Source: Massalongia carnosa (Eukaryota). Taken from it: a stretch of DNA of 64,000 bases. Every line of letters begins with the position of its first letter. Position 1 is the first letter of the stretch. Location of the stretch: contig OZ287078.1 of NCBI GenBank assembly GCA_965645245.1, forward strand, positions 310,001 to 374,000, read 5' to 3'. Under the pieces are notes generated by a model. The model worked only from the letters and a program-made list of their open reading frames with translations, was not told the DNA's origin and made no database searches. The position numbers were made by a program, and so were the translations under genes. Shown one piece after another: positions 49,742 to 64,000 of this stretch.

Positions 49742-52575
49742 TTTAGAACAATGACAAATTGTAGTCTGACATAACAGAAAGACAAGGAGAGCGTGTATTG
49801 GGTATCGGAACTCCAGTCATGCGGTGAAACGGAACAATGATCGAAAGCTAAGCACCTATCGAAAATATTGCTAGAGATTTAGGAGTTCCAGCTGAGACAC
49901 TTGGTGATATACATCGAACGAGGATAGAGCAAACAAAACAACTAGCCAGAGGTAGCAAAGCGTTCCGAGGGTAATAATGGGTGTACGCATCTTGCGGAAT
50001 ACATCAGTGTTCTTTCGTGTTCACAACCATTATAGCTGTTCGCACCGGAAAGAAACTGGGATGATTATTAGATACCTCATAGTGTAAGATAGTGAACTGC
50101 CCACGCATACAAGACTATCTGATACGACTGCTAATTGCAAACAGCTTGTGCAGTGGTCAAGGAAACCTTCGTGGAAACAAGGTCCCGTAAGATCACTGCA
50201 ATAGACAAACAAAACTAAGAAACAACTCTCAGACTATCGTATTATTCGGCTGGATGCAGCGCAAATGATATCGCAAAGGAAAGCAAACACAACGTACTCA
50301 ATGGTTCTCGTTAATACTAATTAACGAGGTCCAACGCATATCCAGCTATCAATGTATAGACATGAAATATCATAGCAAATGCAGCGAAGGAAAGGAATTC
50401 TGGTGATCAGTAATGACCCACCCCCTAAAGGTTACATCAACTCACATCATAGTATGAAATAACAATTTGATGTCACAGCAAATTATGGTCAACGACTGTT
50501 AAACATTTCGCTCAAATGACTATTTTTGCAATAAACCTTGACCAATCCCCATACCCGCATCACTTACCATGCGAAGTTTTAGTTTCTGAAGGGGTCTAGT
50601 TTCGAGAACTGCCCTTGTCCGCCTCTCTCAGCATTCCTGTTGTTCGATCTCCTCTGTGGCTTCTTCGGTCTCACACGATCAAGCTCGTCGATTCGAGTAT
50701 AGAGAGTTCGGTTGGTATTGACAGGTTCACATCAGCAAATCCATAACAGAAACATATAGAAAATAGCGTAACATGTGGGTTAGTTTGATAACTCGATCCG
50801 GGAACAAGTACAGAAGACGCTATTCTGCGCTCCAACCACAGCGTTCTGCAGTTTTTGCACTCTCTCATGTCATTTCCCAAAATCGGCCTCCGTGCATTTC
50901 CCACTCTCATCGCAGGTCTTTATATCGGACTATAATCGAGGCCAATAGCCTTTTAGTTGCACGTTCGGCCGAGGCGTCACCAAAGAGCTTACCACTTGAT
51001 CCAACTCAATGGCTTACGTCAGTATCTAACAAGGATTGCATGGGCGATTCATGTTGAGTTCACGCACTATTCCCCCAATCCGTCCCATATTGTTGGTCTC
51101 AGATCCAATTTGAAGCATGTCAGAATAGGCTTCGAGAAGAGAAAGGCATTCTAACCTCGATTTGTCACCGCCACGAGATTCGATGCTAAGTCGTAATATC
51201 TACGGTAGCTCAATATTAGTTTACTGATGTCAGATCAGAATTCATCTGTCCAATAGTACTGTAAATCTTGTCCTGAGAGCTTGATCTGAGCCGCATCTCG
51301 CGTGGCTGCCAGGGCTGTGCAAAATCCCATTTGGTGTACCAGGAGAGGGGCTTTGGTAAGGTATGAAGTCCACTCTGAGGAGATAAGGGTCCCGGCATCT
51401 GGAGAAGCCATTGGGAGGTTTACGTGTGAAGTCTTTGATACTGAGTAGAGACTGAAGCCTTGCGAAAGAGCCGCTATGTTATATAGAAGCGGTACGAGAA
51501 ACAAGCCATATGGGAGGCACAGTACAGCCCACACTAAGGAATAACCAACCCACCAAATGGAAGTCAAGTTTCCGAGAATCGAATTGTTGGGAGCTTGCTA
51601 AACAGTACATATTTGTAAAGCAATGCAGCAAGACATCAGGAGCCTGCCAGTTGTACGAATACACTAACTAAAACGTTGTGTAAATGTCCCTGAGAGCAAC
51701 CTCCAACGTCAGTTTTCCGATCTCACATACAAGCTCAACGCCATCCAGAGGAGTTACAGCAGCCTGAAAAGCGAACAGGGACGAAGATTTTCCGATCCCT
51801 TAAACAAAGCGGTGGCAGGTCTGCTGCAGGTTGTTACGTATGTGAACAACAGCGACAAGGCGCTTGTCTATTGGTTTGAAAGGGGCAGTACCGTGAAACT
51901 AGCCTTGAGATGCGTCGGTATTGACAAGCGGACTGCTGCCATTTTCAAGAAAAAGACGATAAAGTTACTGGACAAGCAGCCAAGGTCGAACTCGAATCGT
52001 GCTCATGATCATGGGCACGACGTAGATTTATCAGGCAGGTGTATTTAACGAGTTTCAACAAGCTCCCACCGAATAGGAGAGAATTTGGCAATATGGTTCT
52101 ATTTGAACTTAGTTCTGGAATGGAAGCATGCCAGCTTCGAAGAGTAAAAACTGGCTCTAGATTCCACATCAAATTGCCACGCCTGTAGTGTCAATCGTTG
52201 GTCAGACCATCTGATAAACGTACTCGGCCCTCCTTTTCCTTGAAATAGGATATATTGGCCAAATATCTTCCACACACACATGAACTTTTGGATCAAGGCG
52301 ATTAAGTCGTTTGGTTTGTTGTCTGCGGATGATTGCTTGTGAATAGGTAGGCATGTGGGTGGCGGAATGATGAATGTTGGCACATAATTGCATCATAATT
52401 GATACGGATACGTCGGCTCACTTGTAGAAATGTAGAAATATCACATCCTTTCTGACCCTCAACGTGCTTTGATCTTTCATTCATAAAAACAAAATAATAC
52501 GATTATCAGAGTTCTGAGTAAGATTCGTGCAAGGGAGTCTCTGCTGGAAGGGTGCGTTGTCCTGATCGTTTGCAG

Positions 52576-54233
52576 ATGCAACCGTACAATGACCGCAGGA
52601 AGTCGTGCCTCAAACAGCGCATCATCGCACAAGCTTCGTCTGTATAGCCAAAAAAGAGCGAGTATGTCTTCATAACTAAATCCCGCAGAGAGAACTTCCG
52701 CCCAGCCTGAAAATCCTTTCGCATCCCTGATTTCGGATCAGCAAATCGCTATCGTTCCATTTTTTACCCTCGAGTCGGGCGTCACGCTTCGAAATGTTCC
52801 AGTGGCATATACCACCCGTGGGAAGCTATCGCCCAACGGTGACAATGCAATGGTGATATGCCATGCCTTGACAGGTAGTGCGGATGTGGGCGACTGGTGG
52901 GGCCCATTGATGGGGGGCCGTGGTCGGGCGTTTGATGTGACAAGATTTTTCATTGTTTGCCTGAACAGCTTGGGAAGTCCGTATGGCAGCGCAAGTTCAG
53001 TCACGAGCTTTCACGGGGACCCGACTCTTGATCGATATGGGCCGGAGTTCCCTTTGACGACGATTAGAGATGACGTGAAGTAAGCAGCAATCGTGCCATC
53101 GATCGGAGGGTGCACTTCTGATCGTTGCCAGCATACACAAAATTGTGTTGGATGACCTAGGAGTCCAGCAGATAGCGGCGGTGGTTGGAGGGTCCATGGG
53201 AGGGATGCTTGTATTGGAGTATGCCTACTTTGGCATTGAATACGTCCGCACCATCGTACCGATAGCAACATCCAGTCGTCACAGCGCCTGGGGGATCAGT
53301 TGGGGCGAGACACAACGACAAAGCATTTACTGCGATCCCAAGTATCAGGATGGATATTATTCCTTTGACGATCCTCCCGCATCTGGCCTGGGTGCTGCAC
53401 GCATGGCTGCTCTGCTAACCTACCGGACCCGAGACTCTTTTGAGGCCCGGTTCGGACGCAATGTCCCCAAGGCATCGAGAACACACCCACCCGGGCAAAA
53501 AAATCGTCCCCTAACGCCCTCTAATGAACATTGGACTGTTCACAACGAGGGTCATAAGACAGCCATTTCCCCCAGACTTCCTAACGGATATGGACACACT
53601 TCACCCCCGACAACCCCCTTAAGCTACGAGCCAGCCTCCACCACAAATAGCACTAGAGCTGAATTTACCGACCCTCAATTTAATGGCTCAACGCTTTTCT
53701 CGCCTCCAGCTCCATCGCCTTCTCTGTCAGAACATAAACGCGCGACCACGCAGTTTTCCGCTCAATCATATCTACGGTACCAAGGTGAAAAATTTGTGCG
53801 GCGTTTTGACAGTAATTGCTATATCAGCATGACCCGGAAGCTTGATACCCATGATGTTTCAAGGTATCGAGTGCCTCCAGATACGCCCAATGCTGTGACT
53901 ATGGCTCTCTCGCTAATTGAACAACCTGCACTCGTCATTGGCATTGAGAGCGACGGGTTATTTACTTTTGCCGAGCAGCAAGAGATGGCGGCCGCCATCC
54001 CCAACTCCAGGCTTCGCACCATCGAAAGTGCTGAAGGCCACGATGCATTCCTGTTACAATTCGAGCAGGTCAATTTGCATATTCTGGACTTTTTCAATAA
54101 CGTTCTTCCTGATATTATAGATTCTCCGGGATCGGACGTCGATGGAGTTGAAGATGACAGTCCTGGGGTTGGCAAGATAACCAAGTCCAGTACTTTTGGG
54201 GAAGCTGAAGTCGAAGATATTACCGCCTGGTAA
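52576..54233 (+). CDS. MET2: Homoserine O-acetyltransferase; first exon uncertain
   Basis: PENPF, FTLESG, ICHALTGSADVGDWW, CLNSLGSPYGS, GGSMGG nucleophile, SYLRYQG, SDGLF, EGHDAFLL, STFGEAE..DITAW; intron 53080-53131. Confidence 0.95.
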
Positions 54234-57095
54234 TCATCATAGACTTTGTCACATGGTAAGATTTTGATCACGGCCTGTGGAGTAAGGTGGGAAAATGTTG
54301 CTTTCTTGTGCATATTGCCCTCTTACTGAGTTCCTGCTCTTGTATTTCAAACGCCGAGGAGCTCTCGGTGTATGTTTGCTCCTCATCCTTTGGCTTTGCA
54401 GCTGAGCCAAGTTGAGAGACGGCGAAACGAGAAGATAAAGTTCTGAGACATAGATTAGGTAGATGGTTTCTCTTAATAAAATGTTGAGTTTTCTTCCCCC
54501 GATGCTATGAGAGTTAGGCCATCTAGGGTAACAGGGCATATCTTGAATTTTTCCCATGCCTCATCAAATTTCTAGGTCTCCCTTCTCTCGTAATAGAAAA
54601 TCCACCCTGTTATTTTTTTTTTTTGAGAGCGATACCTACGCCGTTATTGTCTTACGTACTAGGGAAGCAATAAGTTGATAAGCCTTCAAAAGGAAACTGG
54701 AGTAATCTTCGAAAGAATCACAATATCTGTTGCCCAAAGTTGCCGGCTCGTATCTCGCTGCGCTTGCTTGACCTTTTGCATGTTGGTACACGCAGAATGG
54801 CACACTATATGTCACCTTGGGAGATCATCTTGGAAAGAGATACGTTGATTACAGGTCATACCCAACGAAACACTTGACTACAAATATCCATCCCCACCAT
54901 TGCCCCAGTTTCATCCGATCATGTTCATGACCTATCTAACCCTAGCAATACCTACAAGATTTTTGAATTTGCCCCTGTTCAGTTCTTGTCCAGGTAACTT
55001 TGGCTTGTCGGGACAGGTCCATCTTCACACCTACCTATGCTTCATTCTCTCTACCATTCTCTCCTCTCGTTCCGTTTTATCTTTCTCCACCTTTGCAGGC
55101 GACCGCCAAATGCACTCAGGGTACCAATTTGCTCACTTATACGGACTTATGTTTGCTTCTATCTCTGCTGGCCGCGTCTTTCTCAACTACTAACCGACAG
55201 CCGATGCTGAAGAAGAGGGCTCAGAGTGTGCCGCGTTCGACTCCCGCAAAACCACCTACTTCGTTTATGAATGATACCGGGCATTTCTTGGTATCTGAGC
55301 TTATAAGGTCAGTGCTCAGGGGTAGGTATCACATGACTCGGTCAAGCTCGAGCAAGGCACTAGAAACAGCCAACCATCTAGGGGTGGTCCACCTCATCCC
55401 ACCACAACAGTGATCAGAAATGATAGTGATCAGAAATTCTGACATATGATACATGCTTGACATCGGATGAAAATGTGATCTAGCCTGATTCGATACGACA
55501 ATTGACTATCTACGAAGTACAGAAGGCTGAAACTATAAATATATACCCAATTTGAAGTCTTGCTGGAATAAACTCGATGATGCGTTGTCAAGGTCTAAAT
55601 ATGTTTGTCCTCGTGTCGGAATTCTAACAATTGCCTTCTTTCTTCGTATGACCAGTGATTTACCGTCCGTGTGTGTTGTCTGCTTCTGCAAACAGCTGAA
55701 GTGCAGAACGTTTTTTACAGTTTACAGCTCCCGTGTTGCACCACTCAAAGCGGCTATCTCGCTACCTATGACTGTTGATGTATTGAGGCAATCATTGATG
55801 TTATGATCGTCTCGATTGAGACGATGCAGTCAACCAATAGTGCAATGACTACACAGATCGCGCAGGGCGTGAGGCAAATTGATTGTCAAAGGAGCGCAAG
55901 ACAAGGACGATTCGCTCACATCAGTAAAGTTAGGTATCAAAGAAGATAAAGTTTGGTTTAAACCGCTGTATGCAGGAAAAGAAGACAGCTCAGACAGTGA
56001 AGTGTAAATGCTAACTTTGATTCTTGCGTTGGTGGTGGTTCCTCATGTCGCCGCCAGTACATATCGGTCTGCACTTGATTCATAGGTGAGTTTTCAAGAT
56101 CAGTCACATCTTGACTAGATTGCAGACAGGGAGCGGGTGATCGTACATCATAAGTGACTGACGAGTTTGGATTAAAGATGATGTTCGGAAGTTGCAGACT
56201 AGAGACCGGCTTAGAGCGTATAGGGTCCGTCAAAGGGTATCTTATCGAGAGGAACTTCATGATCGTGGCGGTAAGAGGAGTCCTTTCAGAAGACATGTGT
56301 TGATTCGGGGTTCAATGAGAGGGCTCGGGGGTTTGCAAGAAGGTGGGATCGAAAGTGAAAACGCTGAGTGGTATGGAGCTTTCATTAAAGTCTTATTTCA
56401 GTGAAGGTTGAGGAGTGTCCGAAACATGAGTTCTTTCTCTGTCGATTCTAGCGGGTATCGACTGATTTGAGACTATGCCATAGGGAGATTGACAGTAGGA
56501 AGTCTGCTGATACGCCAATGATCGAGTCACTCTCTCGCAATTGTCGCACGCATGACGCGACATTGCATGCTTGTGATAAAGCATAGCAGAGTTTGACGAT
56601 CGATTCGCATGTCCGTCTGCAATTTGCTCACGAAGTATTTCGTGACTCAGAGCACAAAACAGCCACCCTGCTTCTGACGGCTCACTTGACCGCTTTGCTG
56701 TAGCAGGTTCAGGAACTATAGCAGTCATTCGGAAAGATGATCAAGATGAGCTTTTCATAGCCCATTTCCTGCGATCATGATCGCTCCTTCTTCGGTCGCG
56801 AATCTTCTCTCACTTTCCATCTTAGCATCAACGGACATTCGCTCATGATAGAAGGCAGAACCCAGATCTATCAAATCTTGCGTTGTTTGATCCACATCAT
56901 CCACGACGTGAGAGAACGAACTAGGTGGTGGGCGATCGATAGATGGGCTGAGCAACAAACAGATAAAAAAATTAAAGAGCCTAGATAAATATTTGTATGA
57001 TCAGACCATGTGAATGTCTGAATAGACTCGTGTGACTGCCTCGTATACTGCAGAAGTGAGATGTAGAGATGAAGAAGAAAAACGCATTAAAAACT

Positions 57096-59701
57096 GGGAA
57101 CGGATAACAGGACACCACTTTGGTTAGATAAACACCACCTCCGGTTAGGTAAACACCACCTCCGGTTAGGTAAACACCGCTAGCCCAGGTAGGGTAGATT
57201 CCTCGGCCCCGCCCGCCTCTTCCCCTTTTAGGTCTAGCGGTTGAAACTCCCACATTCTACCTGCACCTCATCCTTGCACTCATATTTCACATTTGATCTG
57301 CAGGCACCCTGCCGCCGCCACGTCGTCATGCCGCTTCGACCTCCCGAAGATAGTCAATCCTTTGCCTCACTAGAAGACCTGTTGCTTAGAGTCAATGAGC
57401 ATGCCGCCCCCGAAGGCTACACCGTGGTGCTTCTTTGAACCAAGAAAACCAAGCTGGGAGTGAGAAATAAAGCTTGGTTAAAATGCGACCGAGGCGGAAA
57501 AGTCAGAGAACCGCAGGGTCAGGATCGTCGGCACACCAGCAGTCGACTAATTGCTTGTCCATTTGCCCTGACAGCCAAAATGGACGACGAGGTGTGGTTT
57601 TTGGAGGTGGTAAATGGGACACACAATCATCCGTCCAGTCTTGCTGGCTCTCATCCTGCCTTGAGAAAAATCGCTCTGACCGGTGTAAAGGATGACGTTA
57701 CCAGACAGTTAACAGTACAAACGTCGGCGTCAAAGGTTTTGTCTAGTCTGCGTGTTCCCGATGTGAATGCAGATCTCAGTCCTCATGATCCCAATGCCGA
57801 GATCATTGTGAATCCGATGTTTAAACCTCGGGACATCTACAACTTAAAGGCGCAGATGAGACGTGATGTCTTGGGACCATTGACTCCTATTCAGGCATTG
57901 ATTCGTGAGTTTGACGAAAAGGATTGGGTGTACAACTTTCAACAAGACATTATCAGCAGATTACGCATCTCTTCTTCATCAAGGGCAGTTCCCAAACTCT
58001 TCTGATAGATAATCATGAAGTTCTCATTATGGATTGCACGTACAAGACCAATCGATACAAAATGCCTCTTCTCGTCATCAGCGGACAAACCGCGCTACAT
58101 ACTACCTTTTATGTCGCCTTTTGCTTTCTGATCACGGAGACAGCAGAGGACTACATCTGGGCTTTACAGCAATTGAAGGAGGTGTATTCTCGATTGGAAC
58201 TTCCTGATTCGATTATTCCCGTGTCCGACATGGAGAAAGGATTAATGTTGGCATCTTCCATAGTCTTTCCAAATATCAATCATTTGCTATGCATCTGGCA
58301 CATCAATCAGAATGTGTTGACAAAGTGCAAAAAATCTTTCGACAATGAGGAATGGAAGATCTTTTTGTCAGATTGGAAATCAGTGATCTATGCAGCAACC
58401 GAGCCTCAATTTTGGAAGCTATGGGAGCAGTTTTCTGCTACCTATATGACTTCTCATGAAGATTGTATTCGATATTTGAAGTCCACCTACATTGATAATC
58501 ATCGCGATCGCTTCGTGGCATGCTACACCAACAAGGTGCTGCATTTTGAGACAACGGTAACGTCGCGAGGGGAAGGCGCACATGCAGTATTAAAACGTCA
58601 ATTAGGATCATCGACCGGAGATTTGAAGCTGGTAGTTGACGGCATTAATCTGCTACTAACAAATCAGTATCATGATCATCTGATTGCTTTTGAAGAAGCC
58701 AGAACACGTTTTCCACTTCATCTTCGCAAAGTTATCTTTCAGCAACTGAGAGCATTTATCAGTCCCTATGCCCTGAAAAAGATTCTACACCAATACGAGT
58801 TATTAACAGGAAGACCGACTGTTATCCAGCTTGTACCAACGTCTTCACTACCATCACCGGCTTGCCTTGTAGTCATCTGATTCAGCAACGATTATTCGAG
58901 AATGAAGGAAGTCTGAAATTGGAAGATGTGCACCCGCATTGGAAGTAGGTTATTGTCATCTGATCTATGGTCAGCGATCAGCTACTAACAACAGTTCAAG
59001 GTTGGAAAAGCGCGCCCCTCCGATTGCTTTGATTAATCCTCTTCTAGTAGTGAGGGAACCGGAGATAGCCCGACCTCGTGGTCGCCCTCAGGGAGCGGAA
59101 AACAGACGAGCGGAGGCATTTGACAATTCCACTCATCGATTACCATCTCAATTCGAACGGGTTGAAATGGAAACAGCTGATGCAATAGCTCCGGAGGTGG
59201 AACGAGCTATTCATCGAGCCAATGCTACACCAGGCAGGGTAGGACGTCGGGGGCGAGGGCGAGGGCGAGGACGAGGGGGAGGGAGAGGAGGGGGAGGGGG
59301 GATTGGTGAAAGAGCTGAGACAAACACAAGGACTGGCCGAGATAGGGCTAGGGCTAGTCGAGGCAGAGCTGGTCGAGGAAGGGGAGACGGGATTGGCGGG
59401 GATGCAGCAGATGGAATAGGCGGGGATGCGGCTCCAATTAACTGATTTGCATTACTAAGCTTCAAATAAAGGGTGCGATTCATGAAGACAGTGCCAATCG
59501 ACAAATCCAATGTCTAGTAATCGATGGTTGAAAGCTGAATTGAATTTTTTCTTGAGGTGTCAATGTTGGGATGTGGACTGCTAGACCTAAAAGAGGAAGA
59601 AGGCGGGCGGGGCCGAGGAATCTACCCTACCTGGGCTAGCGGTGTTTACCTAACCGGAGGTGGTGTTTATCTAACCAAAGTGGTGTCCTGTTATCCGTTC
59701 C
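57096..59701 (+). mobile_element. Mutator-like (MULE) DNA transposon
   Basis: 9-bp TSD TTAAAAACT at 57087-57095 and 59702-59710; long TIRs (about 57097-57238 / 59580-59701) starting GGAACGGATAACAGGACACC. Confidence 0.95.
57328..59445 (+). pseudogene. MULE transposase, disrupted (TGA at 57436-57438, frameshifts near 57950 and 58825)
   Basis: FAR1-like zinc finger (CDRGG..CPF..HNH), MDCTYKTNRYKMPLL, SDMEKGL, LLCIWHI, TSRGEGAH, RG-rich tail. Confidence 0.9.
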
Positions 59702-61613
59702 TTAAAAACTCTTATATGTCCCCGAACGCCAAGATGCTAGCACCTGCTACCTGACCTGACTACCTGACCTGGTGGAGTTCCACTCCACCTCTCCACACCG
59801 TCAGACTTCTTTGCTGTTCGAAAATTTCGAGAGAGAATCTAGAATTCAATTCCAACAGTTTGGCTTGGCGTAAAATCTTTCATGTCGTGGTCAGGGTATG
59901 GATCCTCGCCGTCAACATCATTGTAGATGAAAGGAAAGCGATTGGAACCGAAAAGCCCCTGCATTCTCTCACGAACATTCTTATCTTTTAAGCTCTCTAT
60001 CCGCGGATTCATCCAGTCTTTTTGGACGAGACGTTTAGAAACTCAGTCATCGACTCTCCCGACCAAGACTCCCTCAGTACACCATGAGCCCGTAGATTTT
60101 TAGTCAGGAGTTTTTGGTCGCTGTCATCCAACAAGACCTTGACGTTCCAAGATGGGTATCTGGTTTGTTCAAGACGTATTTATGTGATCCACAGGTTTGT
60201 CAAGAAATCAGTTAGAAGCTTTAAGATCCTCTTAAAGTTGTTGGTGACGAGAACTTGAATGTCATGTATCATGTTCGCCCTCATGTAGGCTTTCGATGTG
60301 TTGACACCGAAGTGAAAACGAACGACTGACATTTTGAATACCCAATGTTCATTTTGCCTGCTATTCAGCATCCCAATGTATATAATCACGTTGCAGTCCA
60401 ATTCTAACCAGATCAAAAAAGCATTGCGCCGTGTCTCCTGCAACAAAATGATCAGAGTGGTAGGCAGTTTGTGCCTCGGGTTGATCGTGGGGCAAGAACG
60501 TAGGGCAAAAATCCTACATAATATAGAGTGATATTCGCAGAAGCCTCCATTTACCCGGAATTGAGCTAGAAAATTTTTTCAGAATAGCTGCTCGGGGGTT
60601 TCATAAATACTTTGCCCATAAAGATTTCATTAAATTGTTTTTTTCCATCTTTCTTTTCAGTTCTTAAACTCATTCTAGACTCAAATAGCTTCTATTTAGA
60701 ATCCAGTAAATGGAGTAACTAACGTTGAGCAGGTAGATCTTTCAAAAAATCATTCTAGTAGTTAACATATCTAGGCAGGCAGTGAAGAAGGCATAGCAAG
60801 GATGAAGAACGGCAGTTCCAGGGTCCGTAAAGGATGGCGAAAAAGCAGAGGTGATCATGCTCTCAGTAAATGGGTTAAACAGTTCCAGAACAAATCAGCA
60901 AACTGCTATCCACAGTGTCTTCTCCACGTGCTAAACCATCGAGCAAATCTTCCGGGGCCTCATCCCAAATCTATGATGCAGATTTCGGCAAAGGGGCTCC
61001 CCTTTGCGCTAATGTAGAAATAAAAGTGTAAAAAGTGGAAGATTTAGAAATGACATTGTAAATAAGGCGTTGTGCCGGTACGCAAATTGCCGAAGAAATA
61101 CCAAGCGGTGCATATTAGCTGGGTAAGAAAGGTCAGAGAAAGGAAAGAAGGCATGCAGTGAAAAGAACGTCGTTGAGTCATCAAGGGATAGATTATGAGA
61201 AGTGCAGGTAAGCAATCCTCTGCAAAGGATAGAAATGGGTGGCTTGGTGGGAAGTAGTAACCTTGCAAGCGAGTCACGTGATATAATCCAGAGTTGCACC
61301 CCAAGGAGAATACGTTTTGAGAGTGAGAAATTCACCACAAATGGAGAAGTAAGATTAATCGGTTCTTTAACGAAGAAAAATCAGCATAATTAGTCATGGA
61401 AGCACGAATGATAGGTGCAAGTAGCCATGCATTTCAGGGGCATGTATAAATACAAAGCGGGTATAGAAGGCGTACGGAAGCAATGTAATAGAATCTTTCA
61501 GCCCGCTTTTATGAACATTCCAAAACTCTTCGCTTCATCGAGTTTGGAAAAACAACGACGAGTACACTCCGTCATGACCACCCTAAAAAAGAAACCTAAC
61601 CCCAAGCAACCTC

Positions 61614-63546
61614 CTAAAAAGTACTTGTCGCCAGCCGGCTAGCAGCATTTTTGGCATCCACCCGGTCATCATCGTCCTCCTTGACTCCCTTCAAACTAGC
61701 ACCACTGATTGCCCTCATCCTCCCGCTCGATTCAGCCCCATCCACATTACCCTCTTCCGGCACCGTGGCTGGGAAATTCCCGCTGAAGCTGCGATCCAGC
61801 GCGTCCGCGCGCCGCGGAACCCCACTCCATGCGTCCCCCTTCGGGCCCTGACTGGCCGCCATGCTAGTCCGGCGGACCGGAGGATGGGACTCGCGGCCTA
61901 GCCTTGACAACCCTCCGGAAGCATCGATGGCGCGGACATCAGGCCTGACGCTCTCCAGCGTGGCGAGGGTGCGGCGCTCGGCTTCAATCTCGCGGAGGAC
62001 GTATTCGCGGATGCTAGAGCGGAGATCAGCAGCGGTGCGGGCGAACCAGCGACGTTTTTCGTGCAAGAGGTTTGCAGTGACACGTTGGGTCTTCTGGGCC
62101 AGGTATAGTTCGTGGCTCCGGGCTTCATCGAGGGCGCTGATGGCCTCATCGACCTTTTCGCGGCGCACCGAGCTCTTAGCTTTGAGGCGATCGGCGTCAG
62201 CGAGCTTGCTGCGGGTAGCTTGTTGGGCGGAGATAAGGTCGCGGAGGAGGATGTGGCGGTTTGTTAACGTTTCTTTGACGATGAAGGCGTCGGAAGAGTG
62301 ATAATTCAGCGGATCGCCGAGGGTGGTGGCCTCAGCAGTCCCCTGAGCGGCGTGATAGTCACCAGTTGTTTGAATGATTTTCCCAAGTTTACGGTAAGCA
62401 GTTGCGAGGCCAGGATGATCTTCCTGGACATGCATGATACCAAGCTTGACACCCAGATCAGATTCAGCCAGACCAAGTCCTAGAGTTCATTAATTTAACT
62501 GCTTTGTATAGCCCTAATGTAAGCTTACCTCGTCGGCTTTTAACGACGCGATCAACCTTTTGCGCAGTTTCCATAGCGCCCAGGTAAAATAGCTTCACTA
62601 TTGGTCTAGCTTCATGAAGCTCAGGGGTATCGTCAGGTGGAGGCGCAAATTGTTTTATCACCCTTCTTCGTACCCCCGTAGCTGGTTGCTTCATCCTCAT
62701 TACGGGACTATAGCCAGAGTCACTCTCAACGAAAAGAACCATTTCGTCATCTCGCATCAGCACGTCGTTTCCGCATACATAGTCAAACCATCTTTGCAAA
62801 GAACTTTTCACCCGGCTCTCATCTTCATCTGTTCCCACACCAGCTGCGGTTAACGGTGGCGGAACTGCTGGTACAAAAGCCTCGGGATTCGAAGATATCA
62901 GGTGGTCGGCGAGTTTGACGAACTCCGAATGCGTTCGGCGGACATCTCTGAATTGAGTAGTACGGAATTTTGGCAGATTTGTCTTCAATGTAAGTTAGCC
63001 TTAAAGACTCCAGAGAAAGCAATCATAACATACATGTACATCGAATCTCAAGACTGGATCTTTCCTCCCTGTCCGCTCTAGGCCGGCAATCTTTGCCTGA
63101 AGCTTATATTGTGGCAGAGGTTGCCTTTGAGCCGGCCGAGTACTCCCATGATATCTATTTGGTCCCACTGCTCTTTGGTGTGTCTGGGGCTGTTGAGACT
63201 GCTGGTGGCGATGCTGCTGTTGCTGGTGCTGATAGCCTTCTTCGTCCGACGTCACCAACCCTTGGGACCTATCTGAAGAGGTCCCATTCTCCGGCTGTGA
63301 ACCCATCCTGTTGCCTTCCCGCTGCTGATTAGCTCCATCTCCTAGGGTTTCCTGATCGCTTCCACCGTCATCTAACGGTCGCTGGGAGGCATACGTATAG
63401 GACGAGTGCTGTGCCAATGCGGACGAAGGCCTGCTACCTGCTTCTGATGCTGTGAAGCTTTGTCTGCTATCGAGCTGTGGAGAAGATTGCCATGGTGAAG
63501 TGCCTGCAGGTAAATCCGGATCGCTGGGTAACGTAGAGTAATCCAT
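61614..63546 (-). CDS. VPS17: Retromer PX-BAR subunit Vps17; 3 exons (63546-63034, 62982-62529, 62479-61614)
   Basis: LERTGRKDPVLRFDVH/TNLPKFRTTQFRDVRRTHSEF, QFAPPPDDTPEL, VKETLTNRHIL, DASGGLSRLGRE, DAKNAASRLA. Confidence 0.95.
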
Positions 63547-64000
63547 TACGAGGGCTTGAAACTTCTCTTCGCAGTCCCAAGTTGGATAGGAGACTGAAGC
63601 GGGAAGTGGACAACCTCGGACAAGTCAGCTCAGGGCGAGAATCCTGTGATTGAGCAATCGAGAATGAAGCTGTAGTTATGTTACCGAGGTTGAAACCACA
63701 ATTTATTGCTGCGTCTCTATCATCATCATGTATACCGAAAATACGAGTACGAATCGCCTAGCGGGGCCATTCTGTAGATGTTCCGGACATAGTTAGATAT
63801 CTCCATCTTGGTGCAGCTTAACCTGGCGTCAGTCTCCCGTTTTCTTTTTTCTTACCACTCTCCTTGAATCTCTCATCGTACACTATTTCTTCATGAAGTG
63901 CTCTTGTACGCTCGTGCCCTTCATAGATGCTTTTGAAAGCAAGAATTTCTCGCTTTTGGCAAGAGAGTTACGTACCAAGTTTAGTGCATAAAAGACACTT

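Noticed and set aside
51200..52070. Coding-like fragments upstream of MET2
   Set aside because: Interrupted by stops and no family recognisable.
52576..54233. MET2 plus A-T-R as a fusaric-acid-like (FUB5/FUB8) cluster
   Set aside because: About 40 kb apart, separated by housekeeping genes, and no PKS; MET2 looks like the primary-metabolism copy.
57122..57185. Direct repeats as a CRISPR-like array
   Set aside because: Contiguous sub-repeats inside a MULE TIR with no spacers, in a eukaryotic context.
59740..60450. Stop-poor minus-strand frame next to the MULE (possible decayed gene)
   Set aside because: Several stops and no recognisable motif; it would need a tBLASTn hit to support.

Overview
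Filamentous ascomycete genomic DNA (short spliceosomal introns, fungal housekeeping genes) in four zones. (1) 0.8-15.7 kb: a compact six-gene candidate biosynthetic cluster with a P450, two SDRs, an SLC18/VMAT-like MFS transporter, an A-T-R NRPS-like reductase and an Atg22-family transporter. Two tailoring enzymes have non-canonical catalytic residues: the P450 lacks the I-helix Thr and one SDR lacks the catalytic Tyr. (2) 16.1-21.8 kb: a five-element nested transposon stack. A Tc1-like MITE hosts two oppositely oriented Tad-like LINEs and a CAC..GTG MITE that itself holds a solo LTR; every TSD is visible. (3) 22-42 kb: an accessory zone of orphan secreted or Cys-rich proteins (one absent from the ORF track), a GH128 glucanase, decayed subtilase and HET-like genes, and a Fot1/pogo element. 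(4) 42.8-63.5 kb: housekeeping genes (CSN6, Hsm3-like, RPC31, MET2, VPS17) and a Mutator element. Four of about 29 hand-parsed introns are best explained by GC donors. All gene models were spliced by eye, family calls come from motif recognition, and no database search was run.
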